59,871 nt of DNA from Dehalococcoidia bacterium (GTDB lineage: Bacteria; Chloroflexota; Dehalococcoidia; SZUA-161; SpSt-899). A program made the translations under genes and the position numbers. The stretch covers positions 1 to 59,871 of the forward strand of contig JALPXQ010000001.1 of NCBI GenBank assembly GCA_023271515.1. The letters run 5' to 3'. This document shows positions 58,920 to 59,871 of the stretch, in pieces. How positions within the stretch are numbered: the first letter of the stretch is position 1; each line of letters begins with the position of its first letter. A model generated the notes under the pieces. It did not search any database, was not told the DNA's origin, and saw nothing but the letters and a program-made list of their open reading frames with translations.

Positions 58920-59435
58920 ATGACAACAATAGAAGAAATCTTAAAATCAAAAAAGAAGCCAAAGGAAATCGTTGAACTTTTGGCTGAAGCACTAAAAAGG
59001 GATAAGAAACTAATCGCTGAACTTATCCAATGTTTTGAAAATGGCACCACTGCTGAAAAAGGGAATTGTATGGAAGCAATAGAATATGTCACCAAAGAAA
59101 ACCCTGAATTTGCTGAAAACTGCCTTGAGTTTGTTATTGCTCATATCAATTGCAAAGCACCAAGAGTTAAATGGGAAGCTTGCAGGATAATAGGCAATGT
59201 TGCCCAAAAATTTCCAAGCAAAATCCAGAAAGCCATCCCAAAACTCTTAGAGAATACTAAGGACAAAGGCACAGTTGTAAGATGGAGCGCAGCCTTTGCT
59301 TTGACTGAGATTGCGAAAAGTAACTCAGAAATGCAGAAAGAACTTGTTCCAGAATTTAAGAAGATACTGGAAAGGGAAACCAACAAGGGAGTGAGAAATA
59401 TTTACCTAAAATATCTGAAGGATGTCGGACTATGA
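58920..59435 (+). CDS. HEAT-repeat protein
   Basis: 171 aa with repeated helical HEAT-like units (VRWSAAFALTEIA). Confidence 0.6.
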   Translation: MTTIEEILKSKKKPKEIVELLAEALKRDKKLIAELIQCFENGTTAEKGNCMEAIEYVTKENPEFAENCLEFVIAHINCKAPRVKWEACRIIGNVAQKFPSKIQKAIPKLLENTKDKGTVVRWSAAFALTEIAKSNSEMQKELVPEFKKILERETNKGVRNIYLKYLKDVGL

Positions 59436-59871
59436 TTGATGATGTTAGGGATATAATAGAAAAAGGGATTCAATCCTTGAATGATGCTCTTCCGGAAATA
59501 AACAATCTTGCTTCCAACGATGACTGGAGGAAAAGAGAGGATGCCGCTACTGCTTTGGTGGAGATTAGCAAAAAGAAAGAGGATGAAGTTGTAAATGAGA
59601 TGATACTCTGGGCTGAGGATGAAAATCCTAATATTCGCAGGACAGCAAGTGAAGGATTGAGGGGGGTAGCGAGAAGAAACCCAGAAAAGATTCTGCCTGT
59701 AATTGAAAAACTAAAAACAGATGATAGCCTTTATGTCAGAAAGTCCGTTGCTGCTCTTTTAAGAGCAATAAGCAAGAAACCCTCATGGGCGACTGCCCAC
59801 CAACGAATCACGAAAATGGGTGTAGTTGCACCGCGCATCGAGACTTGTTATCCTCAGATTGGGTGCATAGG
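59432..59871 (+). CDS. HEAT-repeat protein, partial (open to window end)
   Basis: My own translation from ATG 59432, which forms an ATGA overlap with the upstream stop. Motifs DENPNIRRTASEGL and DDSLYVRKSVA. Composition turns GC-rich after about 59783. Confidence 0.5.
   Translation, partial: MIDDVRDIIEKGIQSLNDALPEINNLASNDDWRKREDAATALVEISKKKEDEVVNEMILWAEDENPNIRRTASEGLRGVARRNPEKILPVIEKLKTDDSLYVRKSVAALLRAISKKPSWATAHQRITKMGVVAPRIETCYPQIGCI

Noticed and set aside
1-59871. CRISPR arrays, rRNA genes, and prophage structural genes.
   Set aside because: There are no regularly spaced direct repeats, no rRNA-like conserved stretches, and no capsid, tail or terminase-like ORFs.

Overview
This is a high-GC bacterial chromosomal segment. 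Bacterial hallmarks are uvrC, rel, fmt, mnmG, ffh, folK/folP, pheT, clpC, radA, argG, tkt, ogt, dtd, dcd, a ribD-ribE-ribBA-ribH operon, and tRNA-Glu/tRNA-Gln. It also carries a complete A/V-type ATPase operon in archaeal gene order (H-I-K-E-C-F-A-B-D). Several visibly AT-rich insertions interrupt this backbone. The main finding is an integron-like gene-cassette platform. A tyrosine recombinase (50402-51508, with an in-frame TAG) is followed in the same orientation by AT-rich gene blocks. These blocks are separated by conserved GC-rich attC-like hairpin sites. Each block starts with a GTT-box that is the reverse complement of an AAC-box at its own 3' end. The first cassette is unusually large: six tightly coupled genes encoding a MazG-like NTP pyrophosphatase, a DPPW transferase with a PqqD-like tail, an SPL-like radical SAM enzyme, an ASCH/DUF4186 fusion, a TylF-like methyltransferase and a P-loop kinase. 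I read it as a candidate nucleotide or nucleic-acid modification system that I cannot match to a described one. A third attC-like site closes a solo toxin-antitoxin-like cassette inserted inside the first codons of tkt. Deleting it in silico restores a canonical Tkt N-terminus. Other points: an NtpK-type Na+-binding signature in the ATPase proteolipid, extra ORFs and repeats inside the ATPase operon, frame disruptions in argG and an FAD oxidoreductase, a G14 tract before radA, a PTPS-I/III gene coupled to folK, and a phased triple repeat upstream of an AT-rich ABC operon. All functional calls rest on motifs recognised by eye in the translations. No database search was run.
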